Positions 29,646-40,063 of a stretch of 64,000 nt of DNA are shown in pieces. The position numbers were made by a program, and so were the translations under genes. The stretch spans positions 1 to 64,000 of the forward strand of contig JANLSU010000120.1 in assembly GCA_031362565.1 (NCBI GenBank), read 5' to 3'. The notes under the pieces are model-generated. The model had not been told where the DNA came from and searched no databases. It saw only the letters and a list, made by a program, of their open reading frames with translations. The DNA comes from a bacterium. Its GTDB lineage: Bacteria; Krumholzibacteriota; Krumholzibacteriia; G020349025. Every line of letters starts with the position of its first letter. Within the stretch, counting starts at the first letter, position 1.

Positions 29646-32116
29646 GATGGCTTCGCGCCGTGCGCGCCCTCGTCCGCGTCGAACTGCGGCAGATTCGCCG
29701 CCACCGTGGCCGCTCCCTACTCCTCATCTTGTTGATCGCCGTCCCTGTTGCCGCCATCGTCGGAGCTGCGACACTGGCACGCATCACGGCGCAAACCCCC
29801 GCCGAGCGTGCGCGCCAAGCAATGGGCGAAGCCACCCTGCGTGTCGAACTTGCGTCCGGCGATCCCGGCATCGCAACACTCACCGCCTTACTACCACCCG
29901 GCACGCCGACGGCGACTCTCTTTGCCGGCCAGGAGACGGTGCGAATTCCGGGGCGGCAATTGCGCGCCGCGCTTCTGGCGATGGATTCCAAAATCCTGGG
30001 ACCAGGCGGACTTGCTGCAGGAATGGTGCATCTCGAAACCGGACGCCTGCCCGCGAATACCGGTGAGGCTGCACTCTCTCGTCTCTTGCTCGAGGGTTTG
30101 GGATCGACGGTGGGCGACACCACTACGCTCGCGGACGGACAACTCCGCGCCATCACCGGTACTGTGGTCGCGCCGGAAGATCTCGACCTGCCGCTCGTGT
30201 TGCGCACTCCCTCCCCCACGGAACTGGGTGGCAAGCACGTCGTGCTGGTTGCGGCACTCGAAGCCGACACGGCGGACATCGCCGCACGGCTGCGGCAACA
30301 GGGGTACACGGTTCGAACGCGCGCCGAAGCACGCGAGAGTTCGGGCGGCCTCGCCTCGCTCGCGTTCACGGCGGGCGTGATCGGATTCCTCGAGGCCGGC
30401 CTGGTGATCGCTGCGGCCTTTGCGGTCAGCTTGCGGCGCCGGCAATACGAGATCGGCCTCTTGGGATCCGCGGGCGCCTCAGCGCCGGAAATCGTTGCGG
30501 CAATGCTCGCCTCCGCCGCCGCGCTCGCCGTGTGCGGTGGGGCGCTCGGCACATTCCTCGGCATCGGCACCGCCGCTATCCTGCACCCCCATTTGGACAC
30601 CTGGAATCGACGCCTGAACGGTGCGTTTGAAGTTGCACCGGGCGATGTCGGCGCCGCCTTCTTGCTTGGAATCGTTGCGGCGTTGCTCGCGGCATGGGTG
30701 CCGGTGCGGAGAGCGACCCAGGTTCCCTTGCGTGAGGCGCTCGGCGCATGCCGGCCGTCGCCAGCGCGTTCGAGTACGGGCCTCGCAGCGGGAGTCTCGT
30801 GTTTGATCGCGGGAATTGCCTTGATGAGTGTTCCACTCCGCAGCGGGGAGATCATTGCCACGCTGCAGTTGATTGCCGGCCCGATCCTCGTGATTCTGGG
30901 TTTTGCCTTGTGCAGCCCGTGGTTGCTCGGCGGATTGGCGCGCCACGCCGCCCGGCTGCCGCTTGCGTGGCGCCTCGCGGTACGTGATGCGGGCCGGTTT
31001 CGCACCCGCAACGGCCCGGTGGTCGCGGCAGTGCTCGTCGGCATGTCGTTGACCGTCACGGCGGCAGTCCTGGTCGCGAGCGTGCAATCCAAGCTGGATG
31101 CCATACCCGCCGAGTTGCGCAACGATCAACTGGTGGTCGAGGGCGCCGCCGCGGAGAACGTCGCGCGCCTTTTGCAAGCCGACTTCCCCTGCCTTGCAGC
31201 GGCACCGTTGCAAGCCGTGTATGCGCACGGCGAGCCCGTGCGAGCGCACTACGGTACGGAAAAAGCACGGCGCTTCACGCGCGACTGGGTCGCATGCGGC
31301 GGCGAGGACCTCCTGCTTGCAATGAACGCCGAAGCCGGCGCGAGCGCATTGCGTGCCGGAAACTTGCTGGCGCTCGATCTACCCGCCGGCGCACCCGAAA
31401 TCCAATTGACGCCGGGCTCGGGGCAGCTTGACCTGACCCAACCCGCAACTACTGCCGTGACGTTGAGTCAAAAAGTGAGCGCCCCACTCTTCGTACTCGA
31501 TGCGGCTCGCTTGCCAGCGATGGGAATGGAACCCGGGCCGCCGGCAGGCCGGAGCGTCGTACCGTGGCTCGTCCGCTTGGCATCACCCGTAACGCCCGCG
31601 GTCCTCGACCGCGCCCGCCGGATCGCCGCGCAAACGCCAGGTGCTTCCGTGGATGCGGCATTGTTACACCGCCGTCCGGCGCGCGCGATGTACTACGCCG
31701 GCTGGGCCATTTGTACCCTGACCGGTCTTGTCGTGGTGTTGGTCGCGACGGCGCTCTCTGCCGCCGAATCGGCCGCGGACGAACGCGTGCTGTATACGGT
31801 GGGTGCTGCACCGGCGCTCTTGCGCACCCACACGGCAGCGCGTGCGGGCTACTTGGCATTGCTCGGTTGCGTCCTCGCCCTGCCCGCCGGGATGATCACC
31901 TCGGTCGCTCTCCTGCGCGCCGCCAATTTCCAGCTCGCGATGGTATGGCCGTGGGGCGACCTGTTGCTCACCGTTCTGTTCTTGCCGGCCGCCGCCTATG
32001 CCGGCGCGTGGATATTCGCCGGCGGTGCCGTGCGCTCTCCGCGCAACTCGGCGCCGCCGGCGGCTTCCCGCCGCAATTACTTCACCAGAATCATCTTCCG
32101 CGCCTGGGTCTCGTGA
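29642..32116 (+). CDS. FtsX-like ABC permease
   Basis: Two FtsX-type membrane blocks (RRRQYEIGLLGSAGA; VLYTVGAAP); GTGA coupling. Confidence 0.88.
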   Translation: MRWLRAVRALVRVELRQIRRHRGRSLLLILLIAVPVAAIVGAATLARITAQTPAERARQAMGEATLRVELASGDPGIATLTALLPPGTPTATLFAGQETVRIPGRQLRAALLAMDSKILGPGGLAAGMVHLETGRLPANTGEAALSRLLLEGLGSTVGDTTTLADGQLRAITGTVVAPEDLDLPLVLRTPSPTELGGKHVVLVAALEADTADIAARLRQQGYTVRTRAEARESSGGLASLAFTAGVIGFLEAGLVIAAAFAVSLRRRQYEIGLLGSAGASAPEIVAAMLASAAALAVCGGALGTFLGIGTAAILHPHLDTWNRRLNGAFEVAPGDVGAAFLLGIVAALLAAWVPVRRATQVPLREALGACRPSPARSSTGLAAGVSCLIAGIALMSVPLRSGEIIATLQLIAGPILVILGFALCSPWLLGGLARHAARLPLAWRLAVRDAGRFRTRNGPVVAAVLVGMSLTVTAAVLVASVQSKLDAIPAELRNDQLVVEGAAAENVARLLQADFPCLAAAPLQAVYAHGEPVRAHYGTEKARRFTRDWVACGGEDLLLAMNAEAGASALRAGNLLALDLPAGAPEIQLTPGSGQLDLTQPATTAVTLSQKVSAPLFVLDAARLPAMGMEPGPPAGRSVVPWLVRLASPVTPAVLDRARRIAAQTPGASVDAALLHRRPARAMYYAGWAICTLTGLVVVLVATALSAAESAADERVLYTVGAAPALLRTHTAARAGYLALLGCVLALPAGMITSVALLRAANFQLAMVWPWGDLLLTVLFLPAAAYAGAWIFAGGAVRSPRNSAPPAASRRNYFTRIIFRAWVS

Positions 32117-35100
32117 CCCGCTTCGACGCGCAGCACGTACACGCCCGTGCTGGCGGCCGTGCCGTCGCGCCGGCGGCCGGACCAGATCGCCGAGTGCCGG
32201 CCCGCGGTCTGGGTCTCATCCACGAGCACCGCAACCAGACGGCCCGCCACATCGTGCACCGTGACGCGCACGCGGCCCGTTTCGGGAATCGAGTACCCGA
32301 TGACCGTCGTCGGATTGAAAGGATTCGGAACGTTCTGTTCCAGCACCAGCCGCGAGGGCGGCGCGTGATGTGATTGTGCGCCGCCGGTATCGGTCGGCGG
32401 CTGCCACGCGATCGAGTCCGGCGGCATCGGCGCCGAGTCCAGCGCATCGACGTTGTCGGAGAGCAAGCCGAGTCCCACGAAGGCACCATTCACCCACACT
32501 CCCGGATCAAGACCCAAATCCGCCTCGTCGAACCAGAGATAGTTCGGGTTCATCGGTTCGCCGTCCGGCAATGCGAAGAACACATCGCCCGCAGCAGTGC
32601 TCGTGCCGCCCGCCGGCGCCACCGGTCCTGCTTCCCAGTCCACGGCGGTGTATTCGAGACCGATGGCATCGGTCGTGACCGAGAACCCGACGCGAATATC
32701 ACCCGGCTCGATCATGCCACCGAGCACCTTGACGATGGAGATCGTCATTCCCGGCCCCGAGCTGGCGCCGGTAGTCGGATTCGTCACCCACGGTGGCACC
32801 GGCGCCGCCATCCACGTCATGATCAAGTTCGTGATCTGGTACCGGAGCGCCGGACTCACCCATAGAATGAGCGCGTCGAGATCATCGGTCAGATCGGCGG
32901 GACCCGCGCCGCCGGGCGACAAGTCGGTGGCGATCAAACCGATTTCGGATTCGTCGATGAACAAGAGATTCGTCCCGACGCCGGGCGGCATCCCGGGGCC
33001 CTTGGCGCTCATGAAGATGTCGGCCGCAGCGCCGCCATCGTTCACGAACTGCGCGCGCACCGCCGAGCCAGCCGCGCCCACCGAATTGCGCGTTACCGAG
33101 AAAAAGAGCGGCGCATCATTCATCGGGTCGTGCCAAGACATGCCGGGAGGCGGCAGACCGGCACCGCCCACGTGCATGACGCGTTCGTGGACGTTGCCCG
33201 GCATGGCGGGCGCGCCTCCACCAAACCATGGCACGGTGTTCGTCCCGACGCATTCGACGGCGTCGAGTTCGTCTTCCATGACTCCCGTCGTCGTCGCGGC
33301 GGCGCCCGTCAGCCCAAGAATCGGGTGATCCCACACCAGAAGATTGGGTCCGCCGCCCGCCGTGACGCCAGCCAGCCGCGTCAGCACCGGTGTCGCGAAG
33401 ATATCGCCGCCCGCGAGCCCTGGACTCATCCACCCCGCACACGCAACACCCGGATCCGCCGGCATCGCCTGTGTTGCGACGGCGGTGCCCGGCGCTCCCA
33501 CCGACCATGTATCGACACTGAAGCGGAGTGAGACACCCGGCGCCGTCATCATGACACCTGGCTCGGCGTACGGCATGACGCGCGCACTCCACAACGTCGG
33601 CACGGATGCCGGCTCACCGTCCGGGTCGAGAGGCGGCGGCGGTAGTGGCACGCCCGGGCTCGGAAGGAAGCCGAGGCCCATGACATCCGGGAAGTAATCC
33701 TCACCGAACGACACTGCGTCGAGGTTGTCGCGCAATGGGGCCATGGGTGGGATCGTCGTCCAAAGCGGCGGCAGTACCCCCGGGCCGACCATGAGCCCGA
33801 TCGCCATGGCTTGAACGATTTGACTGTTCGTGCCATCGGGTGGGCCCGCGGGCAAAGGCGGCGGTGGCGCCGAGAGGAAGAGTTCCGGTTCGGACGGCAC
33901 TCCAAACACGAGATAGTCGTTCACATCGCCGGTCCGGAATGTCGCGACGCCGGTCGCTTGCGGCACCGCCGGAGCGCGAATGCACGACCCCATCGGGTTG
34001 CCGGGTTGCAGCGGCACTTGCGGCGAAATGGGCAAGACACCGCGCGCGTCGCGAATGCCTTCGGTGTTGGGATCCACCGGACCATTCACCGAGAATGTCA
34101 CCGCGACGCCCGCATCGGCGAAGGCCGTGATTGGAACACCGCTTCCCGGCCCCGCGCCCGGCGCCAGGCGCACGAACATATCATCGAAGCCGTTGGTGTC
34201 GCCGCCCGCGCCCAGGAGATTCGTCGCGAAGCTCCGGAACGCGACACTGCTCCCATCGTCGGACAGCGAATTCTCGGCGCTCATGGCGTCGCCCGGTGTG
34301 CCACCGGCCGACCGGCTCGCGCACCAAGTCAATCCACGCGTCCGCGCCCGCACGTACACGTGCTGCGTCGGACCGGTCGCGCCAAGATTTGTCGCCAGGC
34401 TCACGAACGACACGTATTGGCCGTTGCCGGAGATGGCCGCCAGATTGCTCGCCCCATTGGCTTCGGCGCCTCCTGATGCAACGTTCACCCGCAGCGTGCG
34501 GCCGGACAGGCGATCGCGCACGAAGATGTCGTCGACGCCATTGGTGTCCCCGGCGACGAGGTCGGGCGCGCCGCTCGTGAAGACAACGTTGGCGCCCGCG
34601 TCATCGAGGGACGGGAAGTTGCTGAAGCCCGTCGCTTGTGCGCCCACCGAGCTGACGCTGGCACGCGAGAAGCGGGTACTCGAGACTTCGTACACGTACA
34701 CATCTTCGGTGCCGTTCGTATCGATGCCGGGAGCCAAAAGGTTGGCGGCGTTGGTCACGAAGGCCACGGTGTTGCCGTCGCCCGAAATGGCGGGTGTAAC
34801 GCAATCCATGTTGGCGCCGCCACTGACGCGGCTCGTCATGCCGGTGCTCATGACGCGCAGGAAGCAGTCCCGGCTCATATTCATGTCGACTTGCCCCGTG
34901 AGGTTTGTCGCATCACTGTCGAAGACGACGCGATCGCCGTCATCCGAGATCGCGAACGAATAGACCCGGCTCGGGCCGTTCGCGGCGCCGCCGCCGAACG
35001 CCACGCTGACGAGTACTGTCGCCGTGCCACCCGCTTCGTCGAAGACGCCGTTGCCGTCGCTATCGCGGTCGTACCGGTACACGTCGACGACGTTGGCGCC

Positions 35101-35457
35101 GGGCGCTTGAAATGCGACATAACGTCCGTTCCCCGAGATCGCCGGCCGGCGCGCGCCGGCGATGGCCGGAGTCAGGAGCACGGTGACGCCGGTCAGATTG
35201 TCGTGCACGAAGATATCTTCGTCGCCGCCGTCGCCGGCGACGAGGTTGGAGGCGGGGCTCGCAAACGCGACCCAGCGGCCGGCGTCCGAGAGCACCGGAA
35301 TATCATTGTCGACCGAGAGATTGCCTTGCACGCCGGCACTGCTGACGTGCGCGTTCAGAACCGACTGCGCATGAGCAGTGGAAGTCATCGTCAATGCGAT
35401 GCAGACCGTGAGCGCGAGCTTGGGCGCCAGCGGGCGCCCACCGTTCCTGCGTTCCAT
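32077..35457 (-). CDS. Secreted protein: TolB/PD40-like propeller, unknown repeat region, FlgD-Ig tail
   Basis: Signal peptide after ATG 35457; P.IS.DG..VAF.S.A.NL...DTNG..D.F repeats; QNVPNPFNP tail. Confidence 0.85.
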   Translation of the reverse strand: MERRNGGRPLAPKLALTVCIALTMTSTAHAQSVLNAHVSSAGVQGNLSVDNDIPVLSDAGRWVAFASPASNLVAGDGGDEDIFVHDNLTGVTVLLTPAIAGARRPAISGNGRYVAFQAPGANVVDVYRYDRDSDGNGVFDEAGGTATVLVSVAFGGGAANGPSRVYSFAISDDGDRVVFDSDATNLTGQVDMNMSRDCFLRVMSTGMTSRVSGGANMDCVTPAISGDGNTVAFVTNAANLLAPGIDTNGTEDVYVYEVSSTRFSRASVSSVGAQATGFSNFPSLDDAGANVVFTSGAPDLVAGDTNGVDDIFVRDRLSGRTLRVNVASGGAEANGASNLAAISGNGQYVSFVSLATNLGATGPTQHVYVRARTRGLTWCASRSAGGTPGDAMSAENSLSDDGSSVAFRSFATNLLGAGGDTNGFDDMFVRLAPGAGPGSGVPITAFADAGVAVTFSVNGPVDPNTEGIRDARGVLPISPQVPLQPGNPMGSCIRAPAVPQATGVATFRTGDVNDYLVFGVPSEPELFLSAPPPPLPAGPPDGTNSQIVQAMAIGLMVGPGVLPPLWTTIPPMAPLRDNLDAVSFGEDYFPDVMGLGFLPSPGVPLPPPPLDPDGEPASVPTLWSARVMPYAEPGVMMTAPGVSLRFSVDTWSVGAPGTAVATQAMPADPGVACAGWMSPGLAGGDIFATPVLTRLAGVTAGGGPNLLVWDHPILGLTGAAATTTGVMEDELDAVECVGTNTVPWFGGGAPAMPGNVHERVMHVGGAGLPPPGMSWHDPMNDAPLFFSVTRNSVGAAGSAVRAQFVNDGGAAADIFMSAKGPGMPPGVGTNLLFIDESEIGLIATDLSPGGAGPADLTDDLDALILWVSPALRYQITNLIMTWMAAPVPPWVTNPTTGASSGPGMTISIVKVLGGMIEPGDIRVGFSVTTDAIGLEYTAVDWEAGPVAPAGGTSTAAGDVFFALPDGEPMNPNYLWFDEADLGLDPGVWVNGAFVGLGLLSDNVDALDSAPMPPDSIAWQPPTDTGGAQSHHAPPSRLVLEQNVPNPFNPTTVIGYSIPETGRVRVTVHDVAGRLVAVLVDETQTAGRHSAIWSGRRRDGTAASTGVYVLRVEAGHETQARKMILVK

Positions 35458-35678
35458 CCGAGTACTCCCATCGAGATCGCGCCACGTTTCCATCCGGGCG
35501 CGTGCCGTGCCAGTGCCCCCCGCGCAGGCGCGGAGCGCTGGCTTGAACATGTCGACCGGGGATGGGCGGTCGTGGGCGGGGGGTTCGCTCGGGATGGGAA
35601 GCGTCACCGATACACCGTGGAGGAACTGCATTTCGCATTCCCAGACGGTAGCGATGAAAAAACGCGTCTCAATCAACA

Positions 35679-37778
35679 GTGAATAGCGCGATTAACAGGG
35701 GCCGTCGACTGAAGACTGACCCGTTCGCTTGCCGTGGGCGCGAAAAGCCTGCGCGCAGCGCGCACCGGTTGCGCGGCCGCGACGCGAACGCTGCCCCCGG
35801 TTTTCAAACCGGCGCGCGTACGCCATCCTCGTTCCCCGGGGGGGTGGACGACCTGGGATCGAAACCTGCAGAAGTGCGCGTCATTGCCGGGCTCGGCGCC
35901 GTGTTCCTGGTTTTCCAGGCCTTGGGTGCGGGGCCGCTCCGCACGACTTTTTGGGGCTTTCACCTTCTGGCCTTCGTACCGGTTGCGGCGGCGGCCGGGG
36001 TTTTCGCGGCGTCGCTGGCAGTGCTCGCGTGGCTCGTGCTCGCGCCCACTGAAACCGCCCCGCGCTTCATGGCGCCGCTCGAGCGCGCCGCGGCGTCGCG
36101 CCTCGCGCTGCCGGTGCTTGCCGTCGCGATGACCGCTGCCCTAGTGCTTTTTCGCTCGCACCAAACGGTGCTTGGCGACGCGCTGCCGCTCATCACCGAT
36201 TTGCCGGCGGGCGCCACGTTCCATCCGCGTGAGCCGCTGACGATGCTCGTGCAGTCGACGGTCTATGGCTGGTTCTCGCACGGCAAGGCGCTTCCAACGG
36301 CCGAGGGCGTGGCGACGGCGACCACGTCGGCGCAGACGGTGAGCATCGTCTGCGGCGCACTGTTCATCCTCGTGGCGTTCGACCTCGTGCGGTCCATTTT
36401 CCAACCGCCCACACCGGCTGCATCAACAGCACCGGACAAAGCACGCCAGCGTCTTGCGGCGAGCGGCCGCAACGCCACCATCCTGCTCGGCACACTGGCG
36501 CTCGGCCTGCAGGGATACGCCCTGCTCTTCTTCGGTTATTTGGAGAACTACGCGGTCGATGCGCTGCTGATCGCAGTCGTGCTGGCGACGGGCGTGCGGG
36601 TGCTGGCCGGACGCCTGCCGCTCGCGGTACCACTCGTGGCGGCAGTGCTCGCGTTTGGATTGCACCTGTCACAGATCGCGCTGCTGCCGGCGCTCGCGAT
36701 CCTGGTGGGATTCGAATTGCGCTCACCGACGCGGCGCCAAGCCGCCTGGCGCGACCTGGCGATCGCGGCGCTGGGGGTCGTGGTGTTGGACCGGTTCCTG
36801 GCGTCGCGGCCGGGCGGCATGTCGTTATGGGCTGCGGCACAGAACATCTTGGCGACCGCAACCAACGACCAAGGCACCGGCGGCGGCATCGGCTATGTCT
36901 TGTCGGCGCGCCACAGCCGCGATTTTCTGAACGACCAGTTCTTGATGGGCCCCTGGGCGGCGGCACTCTTCGTGCCGGGCGCTCTCTTCGCATGGCGGCG
37001 CCGCGCGTTCAGCGATCGCCGACTCGTCTTCCTCGCAATCGCCGCGGCGTCCTATCTCGTGGCGTCATGGATCACCGCCGACCCGCAACTCGGCTACCCG
37101 CGCGACTGGGACATTTTCGCGCCGGCGGGCGTCGCTTACACGGTTGCGGGCCTGGCGCTTTGGAACGCCGCGACGCGGTCGCCGTTTACGTGGTGGCGTA
37201 TTTTGGCGTCCGTTGTGGTGCTTTCGGGGCTGCATTTGGCGGTTTGGGTGGCACTCAATCACTCCGAGCCGCGCGCCATGGCGCGCTTTGCAACCCTGCC
37301 GCTTGGGCTCGGGCGGACGGAAATGGTGTTGGGAAACTGGTATCGGCGCCAGGGCAACAACGACGAGGCCGAGCGTTGGTTGCGCCGCTCGGTCGAAGCC
37401 TCGCCGCGAAATGCGAACTCTTGGGCGTTCCTCGGCCAAATCGCCGCCGACCGCCAAGACTTCCAGGGCGTCATCGCAGCCTATACGAAGGCGGTCGCGC
37501 TGCGCCCGGACAAACTCGTTTTCCGCCACAACTTGGTGTTGGCGTACGAATACACGGATCAGCCGGCACTGGCGATTCCGCATTACGAAATCCTGTGCCG
37601 CACGGAGCCGAATCTGGTTTGGAACTGGATGGGTTCTGCGAGCGCCCTGCGCCGCACCGGCCATCCCGCCGAGGCCCGCGCGGTGCTGCAACGGGCCCGG
37701 CCGATTCTCGACCGCTATCTGGCGTCGTCGCCGCCCGACTCCATTGCCGCAACCATCCGGTCGGCACTCGCCGAATGA
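35679..37778 (+). CDS. Multi-pass membrane protein with C-terminal TPRs (GT-C-like)
   Basis: Many hydrophobic segments, FFGYLENYA, LGYPRDWDIFA, then TPR motifs; true start probably downstream (~35844). Confidence 0.75.
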   Translation: MNSAINRGRRLKTDPFACRGREKPARSAHRLRGRDANAAPGFQTGARTPSSFPGGVDDLGSKPAEVRVIAGLGAVFLVFQALGAGPLRTTFWGFHLLAFVPVAAAAGVFAASLAVLAWLVLAPTETAPRFMAPLERAAASRLALPVLAVAMTAALVLFRSHQTVLGDALPLITDLPAGATFHPREPLTMLVQSTVYGWFSHGKALPTAEGVATATTSAQTVSIVCGALFILVAFDLVRSIFQPPTPAASTAPDKARQRLAASGRNATILLGTLALGLQGYALLFFGYLENYAVDALLIAVVLATGVRVLAGRLPLAVPLVAAVLAFGLHLSQIALLPALAILVGFELRSPTRRQAAWRDLAIAALGVVVLDRFLASRPGGMSLWAAAQNILATATNDQGTGGGIGYVLSARHSRDFLNDQFLMGPWAAALFVPGALFAWRRRAFSDRRLVFLAIAAASYLVASWITADPQLGYPRDWDIFAPAGVAYTVAGLALWNAATRSPFTWWRILASVVVLSGLHLAVWVALNHSEPRAMARFATLPLGLGRTEMVLGNWYRRQGNNDEAERWLRRSVEASPRNANSWAFLGQIAADRQDFQGVIAAYTKAVALRPDKLVFRHNLVLAYEYTDQPALAIPHYEILCRTEPNLVWNWMGSASALRRTGHPAEARAVLQRARPILDRYLASSPPDSIAATIRSALAE

Positions 37779-37782
37779 TCCC

Positions 37783-38577
37783 TCAGGGTTTGGGAGCGCC
37801 CGTCGAGGCTCCGGAGCCGGTGTTCGCCATCTTGAACACGTAGAGCATGTTGGTGGAATCGCTGACGACGTACACCCGCTTGGTCACATCGTCGACGGCG
37901 ACCCCTTCGGGCTTCGGAAAGGGCAGGACGTAGTCGCGCAGCACACCTTTGTTCTTGTCCCACAGGTAGAGCGCTTGCGACTGATCGCTCAAAATCCAAA
38001 AGCAGCCCGGCTGCGGGGTCGCGAAGAGATCCGAGTAGTCGCCTGCAAACGTCAGCTTCTGCTGTGTTGCAATCGTGTGGTCCGGTTTGAGCTCGATAAA
38101 CAGGCCGGGTTTTTTCTCGTTCAACACGAACATGTGCCCGGCGTGATCCAAGCAAATTCCCTCGAGGCCGGAGTTTTTCTTGCCGGCGAGGCCGAGGCTC
38201 TGGCGCTCGAGCACGTTGCCTTCGAGATCGAGATGGACGACTTCGCGCCGGTTTTCTTCGACGACCCACAAGGTCCGGTCGGAGGAATCGTAGGCGATGC
38301 CTTCCAAGTCTTCGCCGGCGTAGCGCAGTTTTTTGAGCGTATGGCCGTAGAGGTCCAACTGATAGACGAAATCGGGATTGTTGGTAACGGTCCACAGAAC
38401 GCCGGCCGAGTCGTCGAGCGTCAATCCGGAGGGCTCCGTGATCGCCAATCGATGCGTCGCCATGAGTTCGAGCGAGCCGGTGACGGGCGTGGCCGCCGGT
38501 GCACGCGACGAACACTGCAACGCCGCAGCGGCGCTCACGGCAATAGCGAGCCGCAGCGCGAGCTTATTGAGGCGCAT
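37783..38577 (-). CDS. SdiA-regulated/YjiK-like beta-propeller protein, probable lipoprotein
   Basis: Signal ending LQC; EPSGL, DLEGIAYD, NSGLEGI, DYSDL, KPEGVA. Confidence 0.85.
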   Translation of the reverse strand: MRLNKLALRLAIAVSAAAALQCSSRAPAATPVTGSLELMATHRLAITEPSGLTLDDSAGVLWTVTNNPDFVYQLDLYGHTLKKLRYAGEDLEGIAYDSSDRTLWVVEENRREVVHLDLEGNVLERQSLGLAGKKNSGLEGICLDHAGHMFVLNEKKPGLFIELKPDHTIATQQKLTFAGDYSDLFATPQPGCFWILSDQSQALYLWDKNKGVLRDYVLPFPKPEGVAVDDVTKRVYVVSDSTNMLYVFKMANTGSGASTGAPKP

Positions 38578-39307
38578 AGATATAGAGAGTGTGCGTGGAG
38601 TCGCTTACGACATAAAACCGGTTGGCGGCTTCGTCGACAGCCAGGCCTTCGGGTTTCGGAAACGGCAGGGTGTATTGCCGGACGACACCACCGGGCCGCG
38701 CCAACAAGGAAATGCTGCGTGACTGATCGCTCAGAATCCAGAAGTGGTCGAGCTCGCTGCTCGCCGCCAGATCCGAGTAGTCGTCGGCGAACGTGAGCGT
38801 CTGTTGCGTGGCGACCGTGTGGTCAGCGCGCAATTCGACGAGCAGCCCTGGATCTTGTTCGTTCAGCACGAACATCCGGCCGCTGCTGTCGAGGCAAATG
38901 CCTTCGATGCCGTGGTTGAGCACGCCGGTGAGGCCGGTCGCGGTTCTCGACAAGACGTCGCCATTCAGGTCGAGGTGCACGACCTCGCGGCTCGCCTCCT
39001 CGGCAACCCACAGGGTGCGGTCCGAGCGATCGTAGGTGATGCCCTCGAGGTCCACGCCGTCGTAATTCAGGCGCTTGATCACTTGCCCGGACATGTCGAG
39101 ATGGTAGACGTGCTGATTGGTGACCGCCCACAGCGACGTGGCGGAATCATTGATCGCAAGGCCGGATGGTTCGTTGATGCTGAGCACGCGGCTTGCAACC
39201 AGGTTCAGCCGACTGGTCGGTGGCTTGATCGGTGAACCGGATCCACAACCGAGCCAGAAAGCGCCGAGCGCCAGACAGAGCAGCCCGAGCCGCGATTTTC
39301 GTTTCAC
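38564..39307 (-). CDS. SdiA-regulated/YjiK-like beta-propeller lipoprotein (tandem paralog)
   Basis: Lipobox WLGC; same EPSGL/DLEGI/GIEGI/DYSDL/KPEGL motifs. Confidence 0.85.
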   Translation of the reverse strand: MKRKSRLGLLCLALGAFWLGCGSGSPIKPPTSRLNLVASRVLSINEPSGLAINDSATSLWAVTNQHVYHLDMSGQVIKRLNYDGVDLEGITYDRSDRTLWVAEEASREVVHLDLNGDVLSRTATGLTGVLNHGIEGICLDSSGRMFVLNEQDPGLLVELRADHTVATQQTLTFADDYSDLAASSELDHFWILSDQSRSISLLARPGGVVRQYTLPFPKPEGLAVDEAANRFYVVSDSTHTLYIYAPQ

Positions 39308-39367
39308 TGTTGGTGTCCCCTCGATGCCGTTGGATCCGCTCCATCCCCCGATTGGAGCGGCTCCCTT

Positions 39368-40045
39368 TCAGAACTGTTCTTCGTCGAAGTACAGGTTGAT
39401 CTTACTGACCCCCTGCACATTATGCAACTCGCGCACGAAGTCGCCGTTCTTTTCCTTCTCGCGAAGCTGCACGTAGTACGAGACCTCCAACACTTGTTTG
39501 TCGGTACCCAAGGACCGCGTGTTGATGACCTTGTGCCGCTCACAATGCTTCTTGAACACCGGCAGGAACCCGGGCGGTTCGTCGCCGACCATCTTGTAGG
39601 AGAACTGCAGAAGGTACTCGTCCTTCCACGGACCCAGGGCATCGCTGCGGGCGAACAGGTAGATCATCAGGCCCACAGACAGCGTACCGATGACGGCCAG
39701 CTTGTGGTACCCGACGCCGGCGGTCATGCCGATCGACAGTGCGAAGAAAATGTAGACGATGTCCTGGGTGTCCTTGATGGCGGTACGGAAGCGGATGATC
39801 GACATCGCACCGACCAGTCCAAAGGCGCGGGCCAGGTTGCTGCCGATCGTCAGAATGACCAGCGACGTGATCATGCTCAGCAACACGAGCGAGTTCACGA
39901 ACGTCGTCGAGTACCCGGGGCCCTTGTAGGTCCGCCGGTACAGCCACGCGATGAACATCCCGCATATCAGAGCAACTGCAATGTTGCTGAAGATCTGCAC
40001 GACGGTTATTGGGAAGAGATCGGAACTCTGAAGGTCAGTGAACAT
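39368..40045 (-). CDS. DUF4956 membrane protein
   Basis: IGSNLARAFGLVGAMSIIRFRTAIKD signature; ACT-like C-terminus. Confidence 0.92.
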   Translation of the reverse strand: MFTDLQSSDLFPITVVQIFSNIAVALICGMFIAWLYRRTYKGPGYSTTFVNSLVLLSMITSLVILTIGSNLARAFGLVGAMSIIRFRTAIKDTQDIVYIFFALSIGMTAGVGYHKLAVIGTLSVGLMIYLFARSDALGPWKDEYLLQFSYKMVGDEPPGFLPVFKKHCERHKVINTRSLGTDKQVLEVSYYVQLREKEKNGDFVRELHNVQGVSKINLYFDEEQF

Positions 40046-40063
40046 CGGTGACTCCTCTCTCGG

